DNA of 64,000 nucleotides from Mobula hypostoma. Taxonomy: Eukaryota. The notes under the pieces were generated by a model, which was given only the letters and a program-made list of their open reading frames with translations, was not told the DNA's origin and did no database searches. Made by a program: the position numbers and the translations under genes. Location: NCBI RefSeq assembly GCF_963921235.1, contig NC_086107.1:111788001-111852000 (forward strand). The letters are read 5' to 3'. Of this stretch, positions 13,174 to 24,655 are shown in pieces; position 1 is the first letter of the stretch, and each line of letters starts with the position of its first letter.

Positions 13174-13702
13174 ACACACATAAAAGTTGCTGGTGAATGC
13201 AGCAGGCCAGGCAGCATCCCTAGGAAGAGGTACAGTCGACGTTTCAGGCTGAGACCCTTCGTCAGGACTAACTGAAGGAAGAGTGAGTAAGAGATTTGAA
13301 AGTGGGAGGGGGAGGGGAGATGCAAAATGATAGGAGAAGACAGGAGGGGGAGGGATGGAGCCAAGAGCTGGACAGGTGATTGGCAAAAGGGATATGAGAG
13401 GATCATGGGACAGGAGGCCCAGGGAGAAGGAAAAGGGGGGGGGGAAAGCCCAGAGGATGGGCAAGGGGTGTAGTGAGAGGAACAGAGGGAGAAAAAGGAG
13501 AGAGAGAAAAAGAATGTGTGTATATAAATAAATAAATAACGGATGAGGTGGGCATTAGTGGAAGTTTGAGAAGTCCTGACAAAGGGTCTCAGCCCGAAAC
13601 ATTGACTGTACCTCTTCCTAGAGATGCTGCCTGACCTGCTGCGTTCACCAGCAACTTTGGTGTGTGTTGCTTGAATTTCCAGCATGTGCAGAATTCCTCG
13701 TG
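13174..13702. mobile_element. Penelope-like element: two 3' ends in tail-out inverted arrangement, 15-bp TSD
   Basis: taactgtttctattt at 13159-13173 and 13703-13717; both arms match the 3' end of the element at 57552-59749. Confidence 0.9.
13233..13269 (-). ncRNA. Minimal type I hammerhead ribozyme motif (Penelope-associated)
   Basis: Minus strand reads agtc-CTGACGA-agggtctcagcct-GAAAC-GTC-gact: intact core, stem I agtc/gact, loopless palindromic stem III. Confidence 0.8.
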
Positions 13703-13982
13703 TAACTGTTTCTATTTGCTTCTCACCCCCTCTCCTCACCTGCCCACATCTCTTCCCCCTCCCTTTCCCTCTCTCCCATGGTCCACTGTCCTCTCCTATC
13801 AGTTCCCTTCTTCTTAACTTTTTACCTCTTCACCCTATCACCTCCCAGCTTCCCCTCACCTAGTCTGTCTGATGGCACTCTTGCAAAGCACCTTGGGGGA
13901 ATCTTACCACAATTTATCCAAATTTTTGTTGGGGTCCGGGGATTATTCTTTCTTGCCCCATTTCAGCCTATCCTCCCCCATA

Positions 13983-15800
13983 TTCTTCTTCTTTTATTTC
14001 TGGCTGTTTTTCGCATCTAGGCATATTACAGCCCTCCACAGGATGTATAATTATTTATAGAACTTCAAGGAACTCAAATTCTCGAATACAACCTAGTCTC
14101 ACGTATAAACTGAACAATAGACTCTTCAATGAAATGTTGATTGTCTTGATGGCCAGACAAAGATTGAATAGAAAACCAAAATAAATTTAAGCCAGATAGC
14201 CTCTTGAACAACATGCTTCTTTCAATTTTGTATCGATTACAGCTCAGCAAAACATGCTGGACTGTCTCTGGACTACCACGGTCACATAATCCAGTAGGAT
14301 GTTTTCCTATTATCTTTGAATAATAGTTTAGCCCACAATGCCCCAACCTAAGTCTTGTTAATTTCACCATATCTCTACGACTTAAAAGGTAACAGTCTGA
14401 GACCTTTTTAACTAGTGGGTGACCAGAAAAATAATGCCTGCCCCTTAATTCATTTTTCCAATCCTCCTGCCACTTATTCTCTATACCTTTCTTTAATCCT
14501 ACTTCTCAATTCTGCTCTGCCTAGGGGAACTCTAATTTCTACTTGCCTGCTCTGTAAGGAAGACTTTGCAATGCCATCCACAATTTCATTTCCCTCCACC
14601 CCAGCGTGCCCAAGTATCCATGAAAATCTAACTGCACAACCCACCTTCCCTACTCTAAACAACACTAAGAGAATCTCAATAACTATGTCAGGACGAGCTT
14701 TTGATTTACTCCCTTTTATAGCCTCTAAGGCAGCAGCAGAATCCGAACAGATGATAACCCTATGTGGTCGAGAGTCTTCTATCCACCATAAGGCCCAGAG
14801 GATTGCTAATAATTCTGTTGCAAAGACAGAAACACCTCCTGAAACCCGGTGACCAATCTTAACTCCAAGTTGAGACACATACATCCCAAATCCTGTCCTA
14901 CTGCTCTCTGGGCACACTGAGCCATCAGTAAAAATCTTCAGATAAGATCCCCATTTATTATTTAAATATTCATTTGTGATCAACGCTGATGAAAATGCAC
15001 TGCTTCCTTGAAGCTGAAAAAGGAGGAATAGGTCTACTTCTGGTTCTGGAAAGAGCCAAAAAGGGACGGGTGGCAAGCAAATTTGGTCAACTATGTCTTC
15101 CTCAGTCAGTTTCAATTTCACAGCCCAGTTATTAACCAAATCTAAAAATGGACATCTTTTATTTTTACTTTTGCGCTCCGACTTCCCCTGCAAAAGACAC
15201 TTTGGCAGACAGCTGTGATTGAATCCATTTAGTTTTACCCAATACTGCAGGCCCAACTGAATTCGTCTTAAATGTAGAGGCACTTTCCCATCTCCATACA
15301 TAATACCAGGACTGATGTTGTTCTAAAAGCTCCACAACAGAGTCTAAGTGCTTTGGACTGCACAGTGTCTAGTTTTCCAAGCACTGCCGTAGCAGCGGAA
15401 CCATAAGCAATACAACCATAATCTATAACTGATCTAATCATAGCTAGACATATTAAGTACATAGTTTCCCGCCCTGCTCCCCAGTCACATCCAGCAATAC
15501 TTCTCATAACATTTAAAACTTTCTCACACTTTCCAATTGTTTTATCTATATGAACCCTCCAAGTAAGTCTTTCATCAAACCAGACATCTAAAAACTTGAA
15601 TACCTTGACTCTTTCTAGTGGAGAATCATACAGACACAATTCACAATCAGGAATCTTTCTTCTAAAGCCAAAAATCATATATTTGGACTTAGAAGCAGAA
15701 ATCCTGAAACCCCATTTATTACTCGGCCAGCCACTCTTTGACCACTTTAAACCAACAAATTGTGAACAAGGCCCACTTACTTTCATTTTGACTCCAAGTT
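13983..15800 (-). mobile_element. I-clade (Nimb-like) LINE 3' portion: RT end, RNase H, CCHC
   Basis: KFLDVWFDERLTW (RT thumb); IFTDGS..ELLAI..ICSDS..WILGHAGVEGNEIVD (RNase H); RLRLGH..ETVQHVLLSC; aataaa plus (aag)n tail on the minus strand; frameshifted. Confidence 0.85.
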
Positions 15801-16701
15801 GACGGAATCTGGAGCAACATGGAGGAGCTCAGCGGGTCAGATATCTACTTGAAGGGTCTCAAGCCAAACCTTTGATTGTTCCTTCCCCTCTATAGATGCC
15901 GCCTCGCGTATTTGAGTTCCTCCAGCGTCTTGTTTGATGTGAGTTATTTCCTGCCTTACACGCTCTTGCCTCTAGATGGCGATGTGTGTCTGCCATTCCA
16001 TTGGTTCTAGAACTAGGCTCAGGTGATTCTGCAGATGCTGGAAATTCACACACAGAATGCTGGAGGAACCCAGCAGGCCAGGAAGTACCTATGGAAAGGA
16101 ATAAACAGTCGACGTTTCAGGTCGAGACCCCTCACCAAGAGTGGTGAGGGGTCTCGGCCTGAAACGTCGGGTGTTTAGGCACTTCCACAGATGCTGCCTG
16201 CCTGCTGGGTTCCTCCAGCATTTTGTGCATGATTCTGCAGATGCTGGTAATCTTAAGCAATGCACCCACAACGCTGAAGGAACTCATCAAGGATAAGAAT
16301 CGGGCTTAATATCAACAGAATATGTTGTGAAATTTGTTAACTTTATGGCAGCAGTACAATGCAATACATAATAATAGGAAAAAAGTAAATTACATTAAGC
16401 CCCTTGGTATGAACATTGAATTCTCCAACTTCTGGTAATTCCTTCCCCCTCCCTTCCCCTAACCCAGTTTCACCCTGCCCCCTCCCCCAGCTGCCTAGCC
16501 CCTCCCTCATGGTTCCGCCTCCTTCTACTACCCATTGTGCTTTCCCCTATTCCTTCTTCACCTTTCCTGCCTATCCCCTCCCTGCTTCCCCTCCCCCACC
16601 CCTTTATCTTTCCCCTTACTGGTTTTTCACCTGGAACCTACCAGCCTTCTCCTTCCCATCCTCCCTCCACCTTCTTTATAGGGACTCTGCCCCCTCCCTC
16701 T

Positions 16702-16740
16702 TCAGTCCTGAGGAAGGGTTCTGGCCCGAAACGTCGACTG
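16702..16740 (+). ncRNA. Minimal hammerhead motif in an older Penelope 3' end (about 16400-16790)
   Basis: cagtc-CTGAGGA-agggttctggccc-GAAAC-GTC-gactg with a 5-bp stem I. Confidence 0.75.
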
Positions 16741-17040
16741 ATTGTTTCCACGGATGCTGCCCGACCTGCTGAGTTCCTCCAGCGTGTTGTGAGTGTAAAT
16801 TACATTAAGTGTGTGTGTATATATATATATATATACATAGAAACATAGAAACCCTACAGCACAATACAGGCTCTTCAGTCCATAATGCTGCGCTGAACAT
16901 GTATTTACTTTATAAATTACCTAGGGTTACCTCGAGGCCCTCTATTTTTCTAAGCTCCGTATATATATTTTTTTACCATGACCATGGTCTGTTCTTCATC
17001 AAATTATGGTATTGCTTGCAATGTTGTAACTATATGTTAT

Positions 17041-17278
17041 TATTAAAGTTGCTGGTGAACGCAGCAGGCCAGGCAGCATCTCTAGGAAGCGGTACAGTCG
17101 ACGTTTCAGGCCGAGACCCTTCGTCAGGACTAACTGAAGGAAGAGCTAGTAAGAGATTTGAAAGTGGCCTGAAACGTCGACTGTACCTCTTCCTAGAGAT
17201 GCTGCCTGGCCTGCTGCGTTCACCAGCAACTTTGAAGTGCATTGCTTGAATTTCCAGCATCTGCAGAATTCCTGTTGT
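17041..17278. mobile_element. Short inverted Penelope 3'-end pair with 10-bp TSD
   Basis: tatatgttat at 17031-17040 and 17279-17288; arms are inverted copies of the PLE terminus, with a hammerhead core in the left arm. Confidence 0.85.
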
Positions 17279-17904
17279 TATATGTTATAATGATGTGGTT
17301 TTTGTCAGTCTTTCAGTCTTGGTCTGTCTTGTGTTTCTGTGATATCACACCGGAGGAACATTGTATCATTTCTTAATGCATGCATTAGTAAGTGACAATA
17401 AAAGAGGACTGCGTGTCCTCATAATCTAATCTAATATAGATATGTGTATTAAATAGTTAAATTAAATAAGTAATGCAAAAATAGAAATAAAAAAGTAGTG
17501 CGGTAGTGTTCATAGACTTAATGTCCATTCAGAAATCGGATGGCAGAGGGGAAGTTGCTCCTGAATCATTGAGTGGGTGTCTTTGGGCTTCTCACTCGAA
17601 GTCACTCTGCGAGGACTTTGCATGTTTTTTTCCTGTGACCCCTTGCATTTCCTGCAGGTGCTCGAGTGTCCTCCCACATCTCAAAGACGTACCGGTTGGT
17701 GGATTATCTGGTTACTATACACTGCCCACGGTATGTATATAAATAGGTGGTCAATAGAATCCGGGGGACAGCGAGAACAAACACGTTCCAAGCTGCAGGT
17801 GTACGCGCTGAGAGACTTGGTGGGGAAGGACCACAGTATGGGCTTCTCTGCTACTGGAGAGAGGAGGGCCAGGTTGGGCGAGGAAGATGCTCAATTACAG
17901 TAAG

Positions 17905-19060
17905 CAAACAAGCAAGTTTATTTGTGTAGCACTTTACCAAACATAAGGCAGTTCAAATTGCCTCACATGGAACAAGATATAAAAATCAAACATCAAATTT
18001 CAGGCAATATATAAGAGATTAAAATCACACAAAAACAGATATGATAAATAGAAGTTACAGTGTAGGAGATTCTAATTAAAAGCTACAGCAAGAAGAAAAG
18101 TTTTAAGTTTCGATTTAAAAGAGCTTAAAGTTGGGGCAGACTTCAGATCCTCTAGGAAGTTATTCCAGCTATGTGGGGCATAGTAACTAAACGCTGCTTT
18201 ACCATGTTTAGTTTTGACCCTGGGGACGGTAAGCAGACCCACCCCCGACGGCCTGAGAGCTCATGATGCAGCCGGAGATCAGAAAAGTACATGTCCCGAG
18301 ACCATTCAGTGCTCTATGAACCAGTAGTAATATTTAAAAGTCAATCCGCTGGACAGGAAGCCAGTGAAGAGAAGTGGACTGATATGGTCTACTTTCTTGG
18401 TCTTAGTGAGGACTCCAGCAGCAGTGTTCTGAATGAGCTGCAGTCATCTGAGGGATTTGTTACTGAGTCCTGTGAAACGCCTACTGAAAATGAACGCATG
18501 GACGAGTTTTTCTAGATCTTGCTGCGACATAAGCCCCTAACTCTTGCTATATTTTTAAGATGGTTGTAGGCTGACTTTGAAATTGTCTTAATGTGGCAGT
18601 TAAAACTTAAGTCAGAGTCCATCATAACGCCAAGATTTCTAGCTTAGTTTGTGATCTGTAATGACGGGGATTCTAAGTGACCACTGACTTATAGCCGTTC
18701 TTTTTTTTTAACACCAAAAAAACAATTATTTCAGTTTTCTCTTTTGGAAGAGATTTTGACTCATTCAATCAGTGATTTGTTCAATACAGTTTTTTAGTCA
18801 TTGTATGGAAGCACAGTCACTTGATGACACAGTTACATAAATTTGAGTGTCATCCACATAATTAAGGAAAGTTATTTTATTGCTTACCATGATTTGAGCT
18901 AGAGGGCACGTGCATATGATCCTTGAGACACTCAGCATGTCATTTTCGTTTGGTCGGATGCCAATCGATACAAAATAGGCCCTGCCCTGTAAATACGGTT
19001 TACACAACTTTAGAACTGCACCGGAAAGTTCCACCCAGTTTTCCAGTCTGTCCAGTTGAA
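17905..19060 (-). mobile_element. L2-clade LINE RT/3' fragment
   Basis: NYVDDTQIYV (YADDTQ-like RT motif) in ORF 18798-19157; L2-like 3' end near 17905-17960. Confidence 0.7.
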
Positions 19061-19737
19061 ATAAGGATCTCACATGAGCAGGAACTGTGCTATTGATATA
19101 TAGGAATGCAACAGAACAGGACTGAAAGTATGTGTAAAGAATGGAAAAGCATTGCAAGGTTCATTCTTTGTCACGAATGAAGTCTATTTTGATAATAAAA
19201 ATAATACATTGAGAACATCTCCTCATGGGAGAGTTTGACAGGAAAGTGTAGAGGGAACTTTAATGTCTGTCTCATGTTTTATTTTTGAATTCAGACCTAG
19301 TTCCTCATTTTGTATTAAAAATAACTTTATTTAGAACATTTAAATTAAAATGCTACCTTCGCTGAGTGGATACACTCTAGTCTGCACTGGATACATTCCA
19401 GCGATCTGATGGACTATGTGTCCTCCCTCCCTCTCCAGGAATATTAACGTTTTCCCAGGAGAGTGGCAGGCACTCGGCTTGTATAGACGGTCCAGTGGCC
19501 TGTCGACTGGAGTAGGACCGGCACCTTGGCCAGGGCCAGGAACAGACCCTCTGATAAGACAGTGTGAGGGGCATTTCACAATCACAATCAGGCTCAACAT
19601 CAGCGGCTCATGTCGTGAAACTTGTTAACTGTGTGGCAGCAGTACAATGCAATACATGATACATATAGAAAAAAACTGAATTGCAGTCATTATATATATA
19701 TGTGTAACTTAAATAGTTAAGTTAAAATAAACAGTGC

Positions 19738-19923
19738 TGTACCTTATAATAAGGGACTACTTTATGTTTTAGTAACACGTCATTGCATGCGCTATTAGGC
19801 GCGTATTGATCTGTGCGTGTGTGCCGAGTTCGGTTTCTGCCGGTAAAGAACCATGAACCTTAGCTCCCGTCTCCAGCGTTTTTATTAATAGCATTGTTGT
19901 GTAACCAGGCCACATACAAAACA
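19738..19923 (+). repeat. 5' LTR
   Basis: Aligns to 23671-23868 with roughly 15 substitutions and one 12-bp indel (counted by eye); followed by the PBS. Confidence 0.95.
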
Positions 19924-20274
19924 AATTGGCGACAAGGTTAATGAACCTACATCGTATCGGAACACCGTGTTTTAATTGATAATGACACTCGGAGGAAGAG
20001 CGCCAGGAACGAGCCAAGGAGCGGGAGAAGGAGGCACAGCGAGGCCGTGAGTCTGAAAAGAAGCGGGAGCACAGCCGGGGTCCGGAATGTCAGGAGACCA
20101 AGAGATGCAGTCAGAGCCGCGGCACATCCAGCCGAGACCACAGCCGACGCTGAGCCCCAGGGGCTGAGGGTCTGCCTGCCCCAGAAGGAAGATAAAAAGG
20201 AGCGATACACACAAAGGACACGTGAGTCAAAAAGGGAAATAAGGGGAGAACAGGGCTTAATTAACATAATAAAG

Positions 20275-21475
20275 ATGGCAATGATTGAAACCATTACAGC
20301 ATTTGATAGTGGCATTGAAGACTGGGCAGCTTACACTGAAAGAGTGGAGTTATATTGTGTGGGTAATGGTGATAAGGATGAAAAGAAAGCCAGCGTCTTA
20401 CTCAGTATTATGGGAGCAAAAACATACGGCCTGCTACAGAGATTGTTAACCCCTGAAAAGCCAGCTGACAAAGCGTTCAAGCAGACAGTAGACACTCTCC
20501 AACAGCATTTAAACCCCAAACCATTGGTCATTGCAGAAACATTTAAATTTCACAATCCGAATCAGAGCAAAAATGAAAGCATTTCCGAATATTGAGCTGA
20601 ATTGCGTAATTTATCAGAACATTGTCAATTTGGAGCTGGTCTATCGGATGCATTGAGGGTCAGGTTCTGTGTGGCATGCACTGTGAAACCACACAGAAGA
20701 AGCTTCTGTGTGAAAAAGACCTTACGTTTGAGAAAGTGCTAAACATTGCAATATCAACAGAAACAGTGGCACAGGGTGCTTCCGAAATATAACAAAAATC
20801 TCTGGAATATGCCACAAATAAAATGTCACCGAACAGGATTGAAGGAAAGAAATGTTATCGTGATGGGAACAGGTCACATGACCCAGATGACTGTTGGTTT
20901 AAAGACAAAGAATGCAGAAACTGTGGCAAACAGGGCCACATTGGCAGAGTATGCAAAGCTAGTCAACAGCAGAAAAAAGGCAAAATAGAGAGAAACAAGA
21001 AACCCCAGAAAGGAAAATACAACAAGGTACACAAAATGAAAGAAGGAAGTTCTGATGAAAGCAGTTCTGATGAAAACGACTCCGATGAAAGCGAATTGTC
21101 TTGTCGGCAACTTCACAGCATGAAAGAAACAGATGATCAAAGAGTAATATCGATCACTCCACAAGTGGCGGGCGTGAGACTGAAAATGGAGTTTGACACA
21201 GGCTCAGCTTTAACAGTGATCGTTGTACACGACTACAAACAACTGTTTTCGCACATACCCCTGAAATGAACTAAACTTCTACTAAAGACTTACACAAGAC
21301 AGAAAGTGCATCCCAAAAGTAAAATTAAAGTGACGGTGACCTACAGAGACAAAACACAGCAGCTGAACCTCTATGTACTAAAAAATGGAGGACCACCATT
21401 GCTGGGACGGGAACGGCTCAGGAAAATCCAGTTGGATTGGCACACCATCAAGGCACTGGATGTGTCAACAAAGGA
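20275..21475 (+). pseudogene. Gypsy gag and aspartic protease, disrupted
   Basis: FDSGIEDWAAYTERVELY (gag), CRNCGKQGHIGRVC zinc knuckle, LKMEFDTGSALTVI (protease DTG), PPLLGR; contains stops and frameshifts. Confidence 0.92.
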
Positions 21476-21494
21476 GGGCAGCTCGGCGGGGAAG

Positions 21495-22428
21495 ATGTCC
21501 GCAGCTCTCCTCTCACCCATTGTCAACTATTACAATGACAAGGAGGAGCTAGACAGCGTCGACGATGAGGACGAACGCAGTATCCGTGGCCGCGACACGG
21601 ATGAAGATACAGACAATGCAAGGGAGACAGATATTGCCAATAAGCAGGATGATGAAGACTACCTGGAAGTAAAAGAGCAGATGTAACAGTAGAAATTGGT
21701 ATCTCTCAAAAGACAGCTACAGCAGTTACAGGAAGGCACTTTGCAGGAGTATCAGAAATGGATGAAGAAACCAGATCAACAATACAAGGAAAGAATATGA
21801 AATGCAGAGCTTTTTCTGCAACTGGAGACGGGACAAGTGGAAAGGAATTATATTAAAGAGAAGAAAGCAGCAGTGAAGGAATTTGAAGATAAAAAGATTG
21901 AGTTAGAAGAAAAGAAAAAGATGATTGAGAATGAGAGGCCAACAATGGAAATCACAGGAGATTCTATGGAGGTAAAGCCAATAATGACTAGGAAACTAAG
22001 GAGGAGACCTAATGACTCTGTTCCAATTACAGACAAAAGACAAAAACCTGCACCTGCGCAGTTAAATTACTTGTTAACAGATGAACAGATAATGTAAGAT
22101 CTGCGAACTCTCAATAAGCTTAAGTCTCTGAAAAGACCAGCATCTGTCTTCTCCTGAGCATCTTCCCAGCACTCCTGCTGAATCACCAGCACAAAGATAT
22201 GAAGCACGAATAGATGATGAAAAGTTATATTATGATAAGAGATGGTATCATAAAGGTCAGGCTCTCTATTTGGAATCTAAGGAGAATACGAAGATTGGCT
22301 GTGTAATTAGCTCAGTTGGAACAAATGAGATATAGGTAAGGAAGACAAGTGATAGTACAAAGATGCGTATATACCTAGAACAGCTGCACAGAGGAGTCTT
22401 CATTATACGGAGGCGATCAGCTGCCTAG
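21495..22428 (+). pseudogene. SUDS3: Processed (intronless) SUDS3/SDS3 Sin3-HDAC subunit retrocopy
   Basis: [109 protein letters not shown] matches vertebrate SUDS3 from start to stop; several premature stops, a frameshift near 22145, and a short in-frame deletion. Confidence 0.95.
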
Positions 22429-22520
22429 AAATCTTAGCCAGTTGGAGGCGCACATCTTCTTAACTCCCTATGCTCACAGGTCAACTTTTCATGACTTTTA
22501 TATGGAAATCTGTATTAAAA

Positions 22521-23406
22521 CAATCAGCAAAAATGATGAAACTATGTACAGGGAGGAGGTCAAACACCTAGAGAGCTGGTGCAGGGATAACAACTTGATG
22601 CTTAATGTCACCAAAACCAAGGAGATGATCGTCGATTTCAGAGGGTCTCAGCCAGAGCACACACCCCTCAGCATCAGCGACTCCACAGTGGAGAGAGTGG
22701 AAAACATCAAGTTCCTTGGGGTGCAGATCTCGGACAATCTCACCTGGTCCAGGAACACCACTGGGATTGTGAAACGAGACCAGCAGAGATTGCACTTTCT
22801 GAGGAAATTTAAACAAGCATCACTCCCCACTAACATCTTAACTACATTCTACAGAGGCGTGGTTGAGAGTGTGCTGACCTTTTGCATCACAACCTGGTAC
22901 TCCAGCTGCAGTGCTGTCGACAAAAAAGCCTTGCAGAGGGTGGTTAGGGGAGCAGAGAAGGTTATTGGGGTCTCCCTACCTTCTGTCCAAGACCTCTTTC
23001 AGAGTCGATGCCTCCAGAAGACACAGTACATCATTAAAGACCCCTCACACCCTCTCCATGAACTGTTTGTTCTTCTGACATCAGGCAGACGTTACAGGGG
23101 CATCAAAACTAAAACCACAAGGCTACTAAACAGCTTCCTCCCACAGGCAGTCAGACTGCTAAATAGCTGCTCTACCTGACTCTGCTTTGGACACTTTTAA
23201 CTTGCACTGGACACTTATAACTGATTTTAACTGACATGTGGCTGTTGTGTTTTACTATTTATTGTTATGTTTATTATTTAGTGTTGCGTTTGTTATGTTA
23301 TGATTGCACTGCCCCTGAAAAACGCTGTCTCATTCTGCCCTGCAGAGCTGATGTATGGTTAGAATGACAATAAAGTTTTCTGAATCTTTGGATCTTGAAT
23401 CTTGAA
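22521..23406 (+). mobile_element. Rex/Babar-like LINE 3' fragment nested in the Gypsy element
   Basis: Open frame YREEVKHLESWCRDNNLMLNVTKTKEMIVDFR..KFLGVQISDNLTW..NSFLPQAVRLLN; (cttgaat)n tail. Confidence 0.9.
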
Positions 23407-23670
23407 GTTTATTGACAGACATTACCCGGAGAGGCAGAGAAGATCCCCCCCGCCCCCCAGAGACTTGAGTTATAAATGGGTCTTAGACCAAAAGTAAAAA
23501 AAAGACTCGTTATAATTTGATGTTGTTATGTTACTTTGTTATAATTTGATATTATTAAGTTACTAAGTAAACAAATGGTAGGCATTTGTATGTTAAGGGT
23601 AAACATATTTGTTTAGTGTAGTGCCCCAGTTAAAACAAAATTATACACTATTAAAATACAAGGGGAGGAG

Positions 23671-23868
23671 TGTACCGTATAGCATACAGTATAATAAGGG
23701 ACTACTTTATGTTTTATTAACACGTCATTGCATGCGCTATTAAGCGCGTATTGATCTGTACACGTGTGCCGAGTTCAGTTTCTGCCAGTAAAGAACCATG
23801 AACCTTGGCTCCCATCTCTAGCGTTTTTATTAAGAGCGTTGTTGTGTAATCAAGCCACATACACAACA
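23671..23868 (+). repeat. 3' LTR
   Basis: Preceded by the PPT and followed by TSD agtgc. Confidence 0.95.
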
Positions 23869-23911
23869 AGTGCAAAAACAGAAATAAACAAAATACTGAG
23901 GTAGTGTTCAT

Positions 23912-24655
23912 TAAACCACAAAACTTAATTGATATAGTTGTTGAAGAAAGTGTGAAAATGGGTCAATCGATCAATTGCAAAAAGGCAGAATGTATGGTGA
24001 TATCCAAAAAGAAGGAGAATCCTATCTGCAGGCTGAGAATAAATGGGGAAGACATAAAACAAGTACAGAACTTTTGCTACTTAGGAAGCTGGGTGACATC
24101 AGATGGTAGGTGCAACATGGACATCAAAAGAAGAATAGAGATGGCAAAAAACACCTTCACGAGAATGAAGAGCATACTGACCAACACTAAACTAAGTATG
24201 ACAAACCGCCTCAGAGCACTGAAATGTTACGTTTATCCATTTATGTTATATGGCTCAGAATGTTGGACAATATCTAGCAACATGAAGAAACAAATTGAAG
24301 CAGCGGAGATGTGGTTTTTGCGGACGATGCAAAGAATATCATGGACGAAACAAATATCTAACGAGGATGTCATGAACAGAGCAAGCACAAAAAGAGAAAT
24401 AATGTATGAGATCATGAAAAGGCAATGTGTCTTCATTGGACATGTGATTAGGAAAGAGGAGTTAGAATGCACGGTAATTATGGGAAAGATTGAAGGAAAG
24501 AAAGCAAGAGGAAGGCAAAGACAAATGATGATGGAGACAGCAGCCAGAGAACTGGAAATGAATACCAATGAATTGATCCACTTGACCTGAAACAGGAGTG
24601 TGTGGGCCATGGCAGTCAAAGCTCAAACTGGGCATGGCACCTGATGATGATAATG
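23912..24655 (+). mobile_element. RTE-clade LINE 3' fragment
   Basis: QVQNFCYLGSWVTSDGRC..DIKRRIEMAK..MLYGSECWT..GKIEGKKARGR; (tga)n tail; TSD agtgttcat (23903-23911) versus agtgtttat (24656-24664). Confidence 0.9.

Larger units (their letters stand above)
19738..23868 (+). mobile_element. Gypsy/Ty3 LTR retrotransposon, internally rearranged (carries a SUDS3 retrocopy)
   Basis: LTRs 19738-19923 and 23671-23868 (TG..CA); TSD agtgc at 19733-19737 and 23869-23873; PBS tggcgacaagg at 19927-19937; PPT aggggaggag at 23661-23670. Confidence 0.95.

Noticed and set aside
21495..22428. Functional SUDS3 gene
   Set aside because: Multiple stops, a frameshift, no introns, and located inside an LTR element.
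22442..22520. N-terminus of the 245-aa ORF as a real protein start
   Set aside because: It is SUDS3 3' UTR that happens to be in frame with the truncated Rex-like LINE.
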